Shown: in pieces, positions 52,901 to 62,503 of the stretch
Layout of the letters: the number at the start of each line of letters is the position of its first letter
Numbering within the stretch: the first letter of the stretch is position 1
Source of the DNA: an uncultured Bifidobacteriaceae bacterium
Lineage (GTDB): Bacteria > Bacteroidota > Bacteroidia > Chitinophagales > UBA10324
Reading direction: 5' to 3'
DNA: 64,000 nt
Assembly: GCA_964640655.1 (NCBI GenBank)
Contig: CAZXFT010000007.1
Location: forward strand, 42,753-106,752
Notes under the pieces: generated by a model
Told to the model about the DNA's origin: nothing
The model's database searches: none
What the model saw: only the letters and a program-made list of their open reading frames with translations
Program-made: the position numbers and the translations under genes

Positions 52901-53751
52901 CGATATTTATAGAATGTCATATCGTTTACTTCATCAGATGTTTTAAAGGCAAATGCCAACGCTTGTATTTCCATGCCAATGGCTTCACCTCCTGTCTCTG
53001 AGTGAATATTACCATTATCATTATATACCCACCAAATCATTTGGTCGGCATAAACATTAGACTGACACTGACCAATTATTGGGTAATCACCTTGAGTTGG
53101 GTCATAATTACCATCTTCATCCCGGTCGAAAAAAGGCGCCATATTTCGGCTTCCTACCAATGTGTTATAAGGATTGTTCCGAGCGGGCCAATTTAAAATG
53201 TTTGAAGGAATCACATCAGCAGAAAGTGGATTGCCTCCGTTGCCATTCCACAAATTAATAGCCTCATCTATTTCTGCACCTAACACTTGCCAATGACGGT
53301 CAAAGTCACTACATACATCTGCTGTAGTTGTGCCTCCAAAACCATCTAAAGGACCTGGAAAGAAATCATTACCTGTTTGACGATAAGTTTGACAAGCAAC
53401 TTTCAACTGATTGTTCTGGTCGATACCACCAATCCAAATTGCACCAGCAAACATAGAGTTAGCCGGTGTTTGTCCGGTTTCTACTTTAGGTACTTCGTAT
53501 TTGGCGTTATTTACCAGATCCCACCACATATCGCCGCCATTTTGAATTTTAGCGCGAACGTTATTAATGTTCAGATCAATAGAAGATGTGGCCGGTGAAC
53601 AATCTCCGTTAGCAATTCTATTACCTATGTCTTTGCGATATGGTAAACCAGTTAAGTCTTTTGCGACAGCATTTATAGAAAATGCTCCGACTAGAAGAAT
53701 TAATGAAGCGGAATTAAGCCAATTTGTTTTCATAACAGAAAAGTTTAGCAT
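49924..53751 (-). CDS. large secreted protein of unknown function with a T9SS-type C-terminal beta-sandwich domain
   Basis: Signal peptide (MKTNWLNSASLILLVGAFSINAVA). No catalytic motif recognised across about 1150 aa. The last 100 aa (VIPNPY..ITIYSLDGTLIRRY..WDLKNTAGVPIASGMYLIHI) resemble a T9SS/FlgD-Ig-like sorting domain. Confidence 0.7.
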   Translation of the reverse strand: MLNFSVMKTNWLNSASLILLVGAFSINAVAKDLTGLPYRKDIGNRIANGDCSPATSSIDLNINNVRAKIQNGGDMWWDLVNNAKYEVPKVETGQTPANSMFAGAIWIGGIDQNNQLKVACQTYRQTGNDFFPGPLDGFGGTTTADVCSDFDRHWQVLGAEIDEAINLWNGNGGNPLSADVIPSNILNWPARNNPYNTLVGSRNMAPFFDRDEDGNYDPTQGDYPIIGQCQSNVYADQMIWWVYNDNGNIHSETGGEAIGMEIQALAFAFKTSDEVNDMTFYKYRLLNKSLTAISNCYMGKWVDPDLGCYTDDYIGCDTVQGLGIVYNADPLDEPCGSGGFYSNQPPLVGIDYFQGPLDENGNELGMSNFLYYNNDFTVTGNPEKTSDFYGYLSGKWKDGSPFTEGGNAYGGSTPTHYVFPDKPSTNSGWSECSQQNTAADRRTVQSSGPFTLLPGASNDIVVGVVWVRPPVGTYAPCPSYDLLLKADNKAQALFESCFKILDGPAQPQVKIIELDRKLILAIEGYKNTEAYSQADPVLKKLGIADSLYKFEGYQIYQLKSSSVSLQELGDGSKAQLIFQCDLKNGVSKLINYVYDATIGDDVPELKVDGEDSGIRHSFEITSNAFATTDKRLINHQTYYFAVVPYAYNGFEDIQITGYLFDENGDSVAQTITTNQKIPYLSSRSVTILKGIPHVTEPEFTGMTLNSTYGDGPEIIRQEGKGNGGLFVELTQESVNEILQNGFSPTPKYKKASGPIEVKVYDPKSVPNADFELMIKGSTVGTGNTMSDASTWVLQMKDGETVLSETDIKLGNEQLIPDWGLSVYISQVTAPALNSQNNFIVGWELIAKDNSKSWLGGIPDVDGNPFLNWILSGTYQENGTPQFNQTTDYGSTPPGGTLQFEDPTQQFENIADRTIAPYRLCSQNIYYGPILNNAAARSQNSLSDLPSIDLVFTSDKSKWSRCVVIETCPEIGLSEGGVPKMAVRRGRSVDQNGVQSSDPNDLGMSWFPGYAIDPETGMRLNIMFGEDSWLVGQNGRDMIWNPTSTLFTPNGEATLGGRHWVYVMKTQYDECAYIKSQLLLAPNTASVPISAGLNVYKTVAWVAQPLLLNDEQLLSVEDGLIPTETTLKIRITRPYERFQAGDVINETKPRYTFNTANIAAIKNDLATAKSALDTIKVIPNPYYAYSGYERNQVDNRVKIANLPKKCVITIYSLDGTLIRRYNRDDDSITSLDWDLKNTAGVPIASGMYLIHIDAEGIGEKTLKWFGVTRPIDLDSF

Positions 53752-53754
53752 TTA

Positions 53755-56700
53755 TTAGAAGTTTAAGACTACACCAGCCCAGATTCTGCGAGGTTGAGTG
53801 AAGTTATTAGGGTTTAACAATTTAACTTGATACAAATCCTGGTAAGATTGTACATCTAATTTTCCTTGAAGTGATTGCTGACCGAATGCAGATGCTATAT
53901 ATCCATCATCAGTTGGAGAACCGGTGAAGCTATAAACACTTACAACGTTCCTGATGTTTAAAGCATTTTGGATTAACACAAAAGCATTAATGTAAGCTTT
54001 CTTCTTTTCGTCTTTTGTTGAAAGAACAATATCGCGATCCAAGCGCAAGTCAATTTTAAATGTGTAAGGTAAACGCGAACCGTTAAGGTTTCCTTTGAGC
54101 GATGATTGTGCAGCTACACCGAATAATGCATCTGGAGTAGGATTTTGTTGACGAGTATATGGAGTTCCGGATCCCACGCGGAAGATGGTATTCAATCCGG
54201 TGTTCTTTAATATCTGTTTGCCATTTTTAGTAACTGGTCCATTGTATTCTTTCCCTTCCGAGAATCGATAATCTACTGTAGCGTTTATTGTATGGCGCTG
54301 ATCGTAGCTGAAAGGTATGATGGCACGTAAGTTTGGTTGACCGGAATTTATTAGGTTAACTGCTGATGTGTTATTGGAACCTGTACCTTCGGCAAACTGT
54401 AAAGTATAGTTGAAGTCCATACGTATATTTTTGGTACGACGCATTTCATAAGTAACTTGTAATGATTTTACAGTTCCAAAATCTATATTGCCATAAGTCT
54501 TATAGTCTATTGGTAAAGCATAAACTATGTTACGTGCCTGTACCATGTTCTTTAACTCTTTATAAGTTAATGAAATAGTCAATGCTGTAGATTTACTGAG
54601 TGCCTGTTGGAAACCTACCTGATAGTCAATAGTTTTTTCAGGTAACAGGTTAGGATTTGCAAAACGCGCGTTAACAGCAATTTGCTGGAAGTAGTCAAAC
54701 GTAAACGGAGATATACGGTTATTTCCGGGACGTTGAACCAATACATCATAATGCGCAAAGAATAATGCTTCGTCAGAAATAGGGAATGAAAAAGCTATTC
54801 GGGGAAGGAAATTAACTTGTGGATCGTAATCCTGAAAACCATCTTCTGAAATGGGTGACTTTCTGGTGTATCCGGCTGCTAAATACGGTTCAATACGACC
54901 GGTGGCAGAATTTTGAGCTATCAATTTGGGATCCGCAATCTCTGCACCATTGGCATCATACCATTTGTCTTTGAAACGATAACCTAACACGGCAGTTGGA
55001 TTTTCAGCATTGTTCACATATACCACATAGTCTTTACCGATGTTTTCAGGGTGTACTATAGGATTACCATTAATGGTTTCAACATCACCCACAGTACGTA
55101 TAGGGAACAGGGAGTACTCATCTTTTAATACCTTTTGGTTGGCATCGTAGCGGTCAATACGCACACCTATATTAAACACCAAGTCCTTAAAGTTAAAACG
55201 ATCTTGTATGTATGCTGCTGTATAAATTGGACGGAAAGAACCAATTGGTCTTGTAAATATCTCACGACCATTGACTGTTTCTTTTTTGGTGAAATAATCG
55301 AAGAATGAAGGTTGAGATTTCATTCTGTTGCCACGCCAGTCGTAACCCCAATATTGAATATAATTATTACCGTTATTATTTAACTCATCCGGACTGAACA
55401 TATCGATACTGAATGTTGATGGGTCTAAACTATTGATGTCAATAAATTCGGACTGCGAAGCGCCAATTATATTACGAAGGTTATAATCAAAGAATGATTG
55501 ATTGCCTCCGTCTTTGTAGTTGTAGTTTACAGTGTCCTGAAATATTCCATCATTGCTGTAAACCATCAAAGGATTATCTATATCGAGAACTAAATGATTG
55601 TTGGTAAGTTGACGCGCAAGACCCCATATGCCAATACCCCCGGTTGGGAATACTCTGTATCCACGGTCGTCGCGTTGCTCGTACTCAAAACCAAATTCTA
55701 AAGCATGACGATTCTTTTCTCCTCCGATTGATGAGGGACGAACAATATCCACAGAACCCTGAAACGAAATGCGGTACTGTTGGTTGGTCAGATTACGAAT
55801 CTCGCCTTGTGTGAAACCTGTGGCACGATAGAGTGAGTATATGTCGCTTGGAGAAAATCCATTAAACACCCCTCCATTATTTAATATGGTATTCAAACTG
55901 CGAAACAGCGAAGAATTACCATTTAAGCCATAAACACCATCAATAGGTGTACTACCTGAAAGTGTGTAATAATCAATTACATAATTTGCAAGATCCGGAT
56001 TAAGCTCAGTTGGTTGATATGTAACTAATGTATCTGCAAAGCCGGTAAAGTAGTGTGCTGTGATTGGACGAAAGCCCTGAGGTGTATTGATACTATCAGT
56101 AGTATATGAATAAATTGGTGCTTTGTATGTATTGAACTTGCCATAATAGCTATAATCAAAAGGTTGAGTCAGTATATCATTGTCAATCGTTTGTTTGAAA
56201 TGTGTATAGTCTAATTGAAGGTTATAAAAGGCGTTCTGGAACACTGAAGCAGATTTACCATCTGCTGTTTTGGCATTTTTGAATCTCTGAACAAAGCGAA
56301 CAAATCCACGATATGTTCTTTCATCCAAACGTGGATTATTATAATAATTAAACATTGAATTCAACCCGTCATAGTCAAACTGTGAACGCTGAATATCGGC
56401 GTTTCCACCAATAGTGATATTCATATAGTCTGTTAAACGGAAGTCAATCTTAGAGGCAAATCGGAAATTATTATCAGCAGTGTTTAATCGTGATTTAACA
56501 TTTTGTAAATCAGATTTTCTGATAAAAGATGCACTGTTTGAGTAACCAACACCTACTGGATTAGGTACCAAAGGATTTTTACGGATAGCATTTAATTTAT
56601 CTTCCTTAACTCGCCAAATGCCCAAAGCTGATGGATCGCTGTCTGTATTACCTAAATATTCTCCTGAAAAGAAATAACCAATCTTGGCTACAGAAGTATC

Positions 56701-57501
56701 TGTGTTTTTATATTTCGTGTATAGAGGTCCGCTGATATTGAAGTTTACAAGTTTATAACCAAAGCCATCAAGGAATTGAGATGTGTTCAGTTCAAGACCA
56801 CCTGAAACTATTTTTGAAGGACCTCGAGTTGTGATGGTAATGATACCTCCTGTGGCATCACCATACTTAGCCGGAATACCCCCTGTTATCAATGTCAATT
56901 GCTCAATAGCTGTTGACGGCAAGTTGATATTCCCACGCATCGGAATACCATCAACGTAATATCTGTTATTGTAATCACGGTTACCACCAACGTTAAGTGC
57001 CGCACCGTTATCTCTTTGGAACACACCTGCCGACATACCCACTAAGTCGTTCGGGTTGTTACGCGATGTTGCTAACTGTTGAATCTCAGTTTTGGTCTTG
57101 GTATCACCCGTTTGAGTCTTATCAGGATCAACTAGTTTCCTGTCAGCTGTAATAATAACCGGTTTAATTTCATTCACCACTTTTGTCAACTTGATTGTAA
57201 GCGTTGACATTTTATCTGAGCTGATCAAAACGTTATTAACTTCTGTAGGGTTGTAACCCACATAAGACACCTTAACTATATAAGTACCAGGTATGATTGG
57301 TTTAATGGAATACGATCCATCGTCTTCTGTGTAACCACCGGCCTTTTGAACGCCTCCCTGCATAATTACTACAGGTGCGAATCCGATTCCTTTGTTAGTT
57401 TCTGCGTCAATTACCTTTCCTTGCAATTCACCGGTTTGCGCTTTAGCACCAACTGCTGCAATAAGAAGAGCGATAAATACGAGCGAGTAAATTTTTCTCA
57501 T
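53755..57501 (-). CDS. TonB-dependent-receptor-like outer-membrane protein with N-terminal CarboxypepD_reg-like domain and plug
   Basis: Signal peptide from the ATG at 57501 (MRKIYSLVFIALLIAAVGAKAQ). Carboxypeptidase-regulatory fold (GKVIDAETNKGIGFAPVVI..GTYIVKVSYVGYNP) and plug-like region (VDGIPMRG..ITGGIPAKYGDATGGIITITTRG). A long barrel ends in ..GVVLNF. Confidence 0.8.
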   Translation of the reverse strand: MRKIYSLVFIALLIAAVGAKAQTGELQGKVIDAETNKGIGFAPVVIMQGGVQKAGGYTEDDGSYSIKPIIPGTYIVKVSYVGYNPTEVNNVLISSDKMSTLTIKLTKVVNEIKPVIITADRKLVDPDKTQTGDTKTKTEIQQLATSRNNPNDLVGMSAGVFQRDNGAALNVGGNRDYNNRYYVDGIPMRGNINLPSTAIEQLTLITGGIPAKYGDATGGIITITTRGPSKIVSGGLELNTSQFLDGFGYKLVNFNISGPLYTKYKNTDTSVAKIGYFFSGEYLGNTDSDPSALGIWRVKEDKLNAIRKNPLVPNPVGVGYSNSASFIRKSDLQNVKSRLNTADNNFRFASKIDFRLTDYMNITIGGNADIQRSQFDYDGLNSMFNYYNNPRLDERTYRGFVRFVQRFKNAKTADGKSASVFQNAFYNLQLDYTHFKQTIDNDILTQPFDYSYYGKFNTYKAPIYSYTTDSINTPQGFRPITAHYFTGFADTLVTYQPTELNPDLANYVIDYYTLSGSTPIDGVYGLNGNSSLFRSLNTILNNGGVFNGFSPSDIYSLYRATGFTQGEIRNLTNQQYRISFQGSVDIVRPSSIGGEKNRHALEFGFEYEQRDDRGYRVFPTGGIGIWGLARQLTNNHLVLDIDNPLMVYSNDGIFQDTVNYNYKDGGNQSFFDYNLRNIIGASQSEFIDINSLDPSTFSIDMFSPDELNNNGNNYIQYWGYDWRGNRMKSQPSFFDYFTKKETVNGREIFTRPIGSFRPIYTAAYIQDRFNFKDLVFNIGVRIDRYDANQKVLKDEYSLFPIRTVGDVETINGNPIVHPENIGKDYVVYVNNAENPTAVLGYRFKDKWYDANGAEIADPKLIAQNSATGRIEPYLAAGYTRKSPISEDGFQDYDPQVNFLPRIAFSFPISDEALFFAHYDVLVQRPGNNRISPFTFDYFQQIAVNARFANPNLLPEKTIDYQVGFQQALSKSTALTISLTYKELKNMVQARNIVYALPIDYKTYGNIDFGTVKSLQVTYEMRRTKNIRMDFNYTLQFAEGTGSNNTSAVNLINSGQPNLRAIIPFSYDQRHTINATVDYRFSEGKEYNGPVTKNGKQILKNTGLNTIFRVGSGTPYTRQQNPTPDALFGVAAQSSLKGNLNGSRLPYTFKIDLRLDRDIVLSTKDEKKKAYINAFVLIQNALNIRNVVSVYSFTGSPTDDGYIASAFGQQSLQGKLDVQSYQDLYQVKLLNPNNFTQPRRIWAGVVLNF

Positions 57502-57543
57502 ACTCTTTTTGGGTTTTAGTGGGTTCTTTTTTTTGAAGGTGGA

Positions 57544-57551
57544 CAAATATA
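57544..57551 (-). promoter_or_regulatory. candidate promoter -7 box (TATATTTG) for the outer-membrane operon
   Basis: Exact TAnnTTTG on the minus strand, 43 nt upstream of the ATG at 57501, with TTTTG 17 nt further upstream. The listed TTG start (57546) falls inside this box. Confidence 0.45.
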
Positions 57552-57662
57552 ACCGTTAAACTGAATTGCAAAACGAAAGTATATTTTATTCTAAAAGCTT
57601 GTATATGTTGCTGTTTGCTTTTACATTTCCATGACAGTATTTTGACACTTACATGACAATTA

Positions 57663-58583
57663 TTAAAGCCTGGAAATCTTATGCAGAAGGACCTTGGCGT
57701 GCTGAAACCTTGTGCTGTGGCTCTTTCCGGCGATATGCGGTGTAATAAACAAGTTTTTTTGTTGAACTAATCGCTGATAAAGAAATTTCTCATTATCAGT
57801 GTATGTTTCTGTTTTTTCGTTGTCTAAAACATCAATGAATGTTGCCCGATTGCTTTCTTCATCAAGCCATTGAAGCAGCGCATTCAGATTGAGTATGTGC
57901 CCGCGTGATGTATTAATAATGTATCGAAGACGCTTACATTTCGAAAGAAAGGCTTCATTAATCATGTTGTTTGTTTCATCAGTTAAAGGCAGGTGAATAC
58001 TCAGAATATCCGACTCTTGTTGTAAATCTTCAAGTAAAACTTTCTCGCAGTATGCATCAAACACAGTGCGGTATTTATCATAACCAATAACACGCACACC
58101 AAAGCCTTGAAGCCTTTTTGCGAACTCCGGCCCTGTGTTACCATAACCTATGATGCCTATTGTCTTGCCTGATAATTCAAACACACGATGTGGTTCACTT
58201 TGATAAATACCTTTCTTCACATCTTCATTGGATGATGCGAAGTTGTGCATCATACTGATAAGCATGCCAACAGCATGCTCCCCAACACTTCCCGCATTAG
58301 CTTCAGGTGTAGTTAGAATTTTTATATCCCTCTCCTTTGCTGCAATCTGATCCACATGATCAAGACCTGAACCTAGCCGTGCAACAAACCTTAATTGCCC
58401 TGCTTGCTCAATCAATTGCCTTTCAAGACTAATTTTAGTGGTGATGATAAGTCCATAATATTCTTGAATCACGCTTTCTACCTCTTGTTGTGTAATATTT
58501 GGAAGATAATCAGTTTCATATCCTAGTTGATGAAGACCATCTAATAAAATCGTGTCAACTAAATCAGTTATCAATACTTTCAT
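57663..58583 (-). CDS. D-isomer-specific 2-hydroxyacid dehydrogenase (phosphoglycerate dehydrogenase-like)
   Basis: NAD-binding GIIGYGNTGPEFAKR and catalytic region with SRG..ID..H. The ATG at 58583 (MKVLITD) overlaps the rsmA stop as ATGA. Confidence 0.8.
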   Translation of the reverse strand: MKVLITDLVDTILLDGLHQLGYETDYLPNITQQEVESVIQEYYGLIITTKISLERQLIEQAGQLRFVARLGSGLDHVDQIAAKERDIKILTTPEANAGSVGEHAVGMLISMMHNFASSNEDVKKGIYQSEPHRVFELSGKTIGIIGYGNTGPEFAKRLQGFGVRVIGYDKYRTVFDAYCEKVLLEDLQQESDILSIHLPLTDETNNMINEAFLSKCKRLRYIINTSRGHILNLNALLQWLDEESNRATFIDVLDNEKTETYTDNEKFLYQRLVQQKNLFITPHIAGKSHSTRFQHAKVLLHKISRL

Positions 58584-59356
58584 CGTAAGCTTATCAGGTT
58601 TGCAAATGAAATCCAATCCTGAACACTTAATTGTTCTGCACGTTTGCCAAGTATCTCGTTGTCAGCAGCAGTCAACTTTAATTCAAGCGACGACAATGCA
58701 TTTCGTAAGGTTTTACGTCTGGTATTGAAACCGGCTTTTACCATTCGTCTAAATAACAACTCATCTTGCAATTCAGGTTGATTTGCTTTTCTGTTTATTC
58801 TGATAACACCCGAAATAACTTTAGGTGGTGGTGAAAAACAACCCGGCTGTACATCAAATAAATATTCAACATCGTAATATGCTTGTAATAAAACAGTAGT
58901 AATACCATATTCTTTGTTACCATGAGTTGCAGCCAGTCTTTTAGCAACTTCTTTCTGAAACATTCCAACTATGACAGGCACCTGTTCTTTATGTTCAAGT
59001 AATTTGAAAATGATTTGAGTTGAAATATTGTATGGAAAATTTCCAATAACACTCACTTGCTTTTTGGCAAAAAATTTTTCAAAATCAAGTTGTAATATAT
59101 CGGCTTGAATTATTTGCAACTGATACTCGGGAAATTGTTCTGACAGGAATGTAATGCTGCGTTCATCTATATCGCATAAATACGCTTGCTTCTGATATTT
59201 ATTAAACAAATGCTTGCTGAGCACTCCTTTGCCAGGCCCAACTTCCAATACCAATTCGTGCGATCTTGTTCCGAATGCATCCATTATTTTTTGAACTACA
59301 TGCGCATCGTTTAAAAAATGCTGACCTAATGATTTCTTAGCCGTGTAATCGTGCAT
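58580..59356 (-). CDS. rsmA: 16S rRNA (adenine1518-N6/adenine1519-N6)-dimethyltransferase
   Basis: KKSLGQHFLND at the N-terminus, SAM motif VLEVGPGKGVLS, and NFPYNIST. The ATG at 59356 is preferred over the long listed extension. Confidence 0.9.
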   Translation of the reverse strand: MHDYTAKKSLGQHFLNDAHVVQKIMDAFGTRSHELVLEVGPGKGVLSKHLFNKYQKQAYLCDIDERSITFLSEQFPEYQLQIIQADILQLDFEKFFAKKQVSVIGNFPYNISTQIIFKLLEHKEQVPVIVGMFQKEVAKRLAATHGNKEYGITTVLLQAYYDVEYLFDVQPGCFSPPPKVISGVIRINRKANQPELQDELLFRRMVKAGFNTRRKTLRNALSSLELKLTAADNEILGKRAEQLSVQDWISFANLISLR

Positions 59357-59409
59357 ATCAGATGTGTTGGCAGATGCTGCGCGTAAAAGTAATGGGTAAA
59401 AATTATCAG

Positions 59410-59417
59410 TAGTTTTG
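59410..59417 (+). promoter_or_regulatory. candidate -7 box (TAGTTTTG) for pepA
   Basis: Exact TAnnTTTG, 28 nt upstream of the ATG at 59445. The listed TTG start (59415) lies within this box. Confidence 0.4.
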
Positions 59418-59444
59418 CCCGCGCCAAAAAAACTGTGGCACACT

Positions 59445-60878
59445 ATGAAGCCTACCATTCAACTCGATACAAAATCTTCCAAGTTCGATGCTCAGATTAT
59501 CCTGATAGATAAAAAGACAAACCTCAACAAATGTGGCTTTTCAAAAAGCGAAATAGCCAATGTTCAGAGTTGGATGAAAAAAGAAATCAAAAACATTCCA
59601 CTTACCGGGCATCCCTTGAGAATAGTTCAGGTGCTGGAAACGAAAGAGCCTGCTACCCGCGCCCATGAGGAACTGCGTAAAGCCGGAAACTCCTTGCTTT
59701 CTCAAACCAATAAATTTAAATGTAAAATCATCAGCGTTGTTAATAATAGCGCAGTAACTCGTGCTTCATATTACATAGCAGAGGGCCTTGCTCTTGGAAA
59801 TTATCAGTTCATTCAATATAAAAAGGACGCCGATAAAAAGTCAAACAGCTTACAAACCATTCGCATCACAGATGCCAACGTCAGCAAAAATGATGTGACA
59901 GAATTAAATGCTATAGTTGATGCATCATATAAAGTAAAAGATATGGTTAACGAGCCGGTGAATCATCTGAATGCAGAAGGGCTTGCCGAACAACTTAGTG
60001 CGTTGGGTAAAGAAGCTGGAATCAAAGTAACGGTGTTCAACAAAAAGAAAATAGTGGAATTGGGGATGGGTGGCCTGTTATCTGTTAATCAGGGCAGCAT
60101 TGATCCCCCAACCTTTACCATTATGGAATACAAGCCGTTAAATGCTGTGAATCAGAAACCAATTGTGCTGGTGGGTAAAGGAGTGGTATATGATACCGGC
60201 GGATTGAGTTTGAAACCTACCGGCAACAGCATGGATTATATGAAGTGCGATATGGCAGGCGCCGCAACAATGGGTGGTGTGATATATGCCGCTGCAAAAA
60301 TGCAATGGCCACTACATATAATAGCTCTTATGCCTGCAACAGATAACCGTCCTGGTGGGAATGCTTTTGCTCCCGGCGACATAATTAAAATGTACAATGG
60401 CTTGACAGTTGAAATGCTAAATTCAGATGCAGAAGGCCGTATGATACTTGCCGATGCTTTGAGTTACGCCAAGCAATATGAACCACAGTTGGTTATTGAT
60501 ATGGCAACATTAACTGGAGCAGCTCACAGAGCCCTAGGCAATTTTGCTATTGCTTATATGAGTACTGCCGATGCCGCTGTAAATCAGAAAATGGAAAAAG
60601 CCGGTGAAGATGTTTTTGAGCGTTTGGTTTACTTTCCCTTATGGGATGAATACGGTGAGTTACTGGACAGCGACATTGCTGACATGAAAAATGTCGGAGG
60701 TGCATTGGCCGGTCACATCACTGCAGGAAAATTTTTACAAAAGTATACTGACTATCCTTGGATTCATCTTGACATTGCAGGCCTTGCTTTCTTGCATTCA
60801 TCTATGAGTTATCGTGGAAAAAATGCCACAGCAATTGGTTTAAGATTATTGTTGCAGTTCCTTAAACATCATATTTAA
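59445..60878 (+). CDS. pepA: leucyl aminopeptidase (M17)
   Basis: VGKGVVYDTGGLSLKP, MKCDMAGAA, and the NSDAEGRMILADAL signature. Confidence 0.9.
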   Translation: MKPTIQLDTKSSKFDAQIILIDKKTNLNKCGFSKSEIANVQSWMKKEIKNIPLTGHPLRIVQVLETKEPATRAHEELRKAGNSLLSQTNKFKCKIISVVNNSAVTRASYYIAEGLALGNYQFIQYKKDADKKSNSLQTIRITDANVSKNDVTELNAIVDASYKVKDMVNEPVNHLNAEGLAEQLSALGKEAGIKVTVFNKKKIVELGMGGLLSVNQGSIDPPTFTIMEYKPLNAVNQKPIVLVGKGVVYDTGGLSLKPTGNSMDYMKCDMAGAATMGGVIYAAAKMQWPLHIIALMPATDNRPGGNAFAPGDIIKMYNGLTVEMLNSDAEGRMILADALSYAKQYEPQLVIDMATLTGAAHRALGNFAIAYMSTADAAVNQKMEKAGEDVFERLVYFPLWDEYGELLDSDIADMKNVGGALAGHITAGKFLQKYTDYPWIHLDIAGLAFLHSSMSYRGKNATAIGLRLLLQFLKHHI

Positions 60879-61930
60879 TGACTACCAAGAAATACACCAT
60901 AGGATTAACCACCGGAGACATTAACGGCATTGGTTTGGAAGTTGTACTCAAAACTTTTTCCGATAACAGAATGTATGAACGCATTACTCCTGTATTATAC
61001 GGTTCAACAAAAGTAATTGCCTATCACCGCAAAGCGCTTAACCTGAGTGCCATAAACTCTGTAAATCATAGAACAACGGAGCGTCTGCAATTGAATACCC
61101 TTAACATTTTGCAGTGTTACGAAGATGAAGTAAATGTTCAATTAGGAGTGCAGAATGAAGTAGGAGGTGCTTATGGTCGCAAGAGTTTAGAGGCTGCGAC
61201 TGCTGATTTACTTGCCGGTAATTTGGATGCTCTTGTAACTGCACCCATCAATAAGAAAAACATTCAGTCTTCCACTTTTAATTATACAGGACACACAGAA
61301 TATCTTGCAGCTAAAACCAATCAGGAACCATTGATGATATTACTGAGTGGTAATTTACGAGTAGCAACGGTAACAACTCATGTGCCTTTGCAGGAAGTGG
61401 CTGCCCTGATTAAGCGTGAGCGCATCGAAAAAAAAATCAACATACTTCATCAATCATTACAACGGGATTTTGGAATTGATAAACCTCGTATTGCTGTATT
61501 GGGATTAAACCCGCACGCCGGTGATAATGGTTTAATTGGTCAGGAAGAAATCAATGAAATAATTCCAGCTATCGCAAATGCTAAACAGAGCGGTAAACAG
61601 ATATTCGGCCCCTACTCTGCCGATGGATTTTTTGGTTCAGGACAGTTCAATTCCTTTGATGCTATTTTGGCTATGTACCACGACCAGGGATTGGTACCTT
61701 TTAAAACGCTGAGTTTTTCTTCGGGTACTAACTACACCGCAGGATTAAGTCTAGTGCGCACGGCACCAGATCACGGTACCGGTTTCGATATTGCCGGAAG
61801 AAATAAAGCAAGCGAAGAATCGTTTCGTCAGGCAATATTTACAGCAATTGATATTCTCGATCAACGTGCGGCATTCGACGAGCGAAATTCCAATCCGATA
61901 AATCGTCAGGAATTAGCTAAAGAAAGATAA
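60878..61930 (+). CDS. pdxA: 4-hydroxythreonine-4-phosphate dehydrogenase
   Basis: GLTTGDINGIG, GHTEYLA, GLNPHAGDNG, MYHDQGL, TAPDHGT. The start overlaps the pepA stop by 1 nt. Confidence 0.9.
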   Translation: MTTKKYTIGLTTGDINGIGLEVVLKTFSDNRMYERITPVLYGSTKVIAYHRKALNLSAINSVNHRTTERLQLNTLNILQCYEDEVNVQLGVQNEVGGAYGRKSLEAATADLLAGNLDALVTAPINKKNIQSSTFNYTGHTEYLAAKTNQEPLMILLSGNLRVATVTTHVPLQEVAALIKRERIEKKINILHQSLQRDFGIDKPRIAVLGLNPHAGDNGLIGQEEINEIIPAIANAKQSGKQIFGPYSADGFFGSGQFNSFDAILAMYHDQGLVPFKTLSFSSGTNYTAGLSLVRTAPDHGTGFDIAGRNKASEESFRQAIFTAIDILDQRAAFDERNSNPINRQELAKER

Positions 61931-62028
61931 AATATTGCCACTGAACGGCTTATTTAGCCTGTTAAACGATAATACGATACACCCGAACCTACTTGGCTCA
62001 ATCTTTACCAATAAAATTATTGGTAATC

Positions 62029-62469
62029 ATGAAACGCATCCTATTTCTGCTCTTTCTCCACACAGCTCTTAGCGTGGCAGTTCATGCGCAAACTGTCGAT
62101 GACAAAAAACCAATAGACTCATTAATGGTGCGTAAGTATTCGCTAGATAGTAAAAATGAAACGGCACAGAGTGGTAAATACAAAAACTTCAAACCAGAAG
62201 TTGTTTTCAATAAACAAGAGAACGCCTACTACCTTTCAATGATTGATTCGAAGGGCTATCATGTATACATTCAAATTAAAGACGATGATGACAATGTGAT
62301 TCTGTTTAAAGAAACCCAAATAGAGACTGGAAACACTAGCATTAAATTTGAAACTGAAGAAGGTGAACAAAAAAGTTTCAAGGTAACCTTTCAGGAGTTA
62401 GACGGAAGCAAGTCGGCAACATATATGTTCGAATCATACGACGAACTGGTTTACATATATAGTAAATAA
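62029..62469 (+). CDS. hypothetical secreted protein
   Basis: Signal peptide from the ATG at 62029 (MKRILFLLFLHTALSVAVHAQ). No motif recognised. Confidence 0.45.
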   Translation: MKRILFLLFLHTALSVAVHAQTVDDKKPIDSLMVRKYSLDSKNETAQSGKYKNFKPEVVFNKQENAYYLSMIDSKGYHVYIQIKDDDDNVILFKETQIETGNTSIKFETEEGEQKSFKVTFQELDGSKSATYMFESYDELVYIYSK

Positions 62470-62503
62470 GAATTACTTTGCGTCGTCTCACACGGCGCAA
62501 AAA

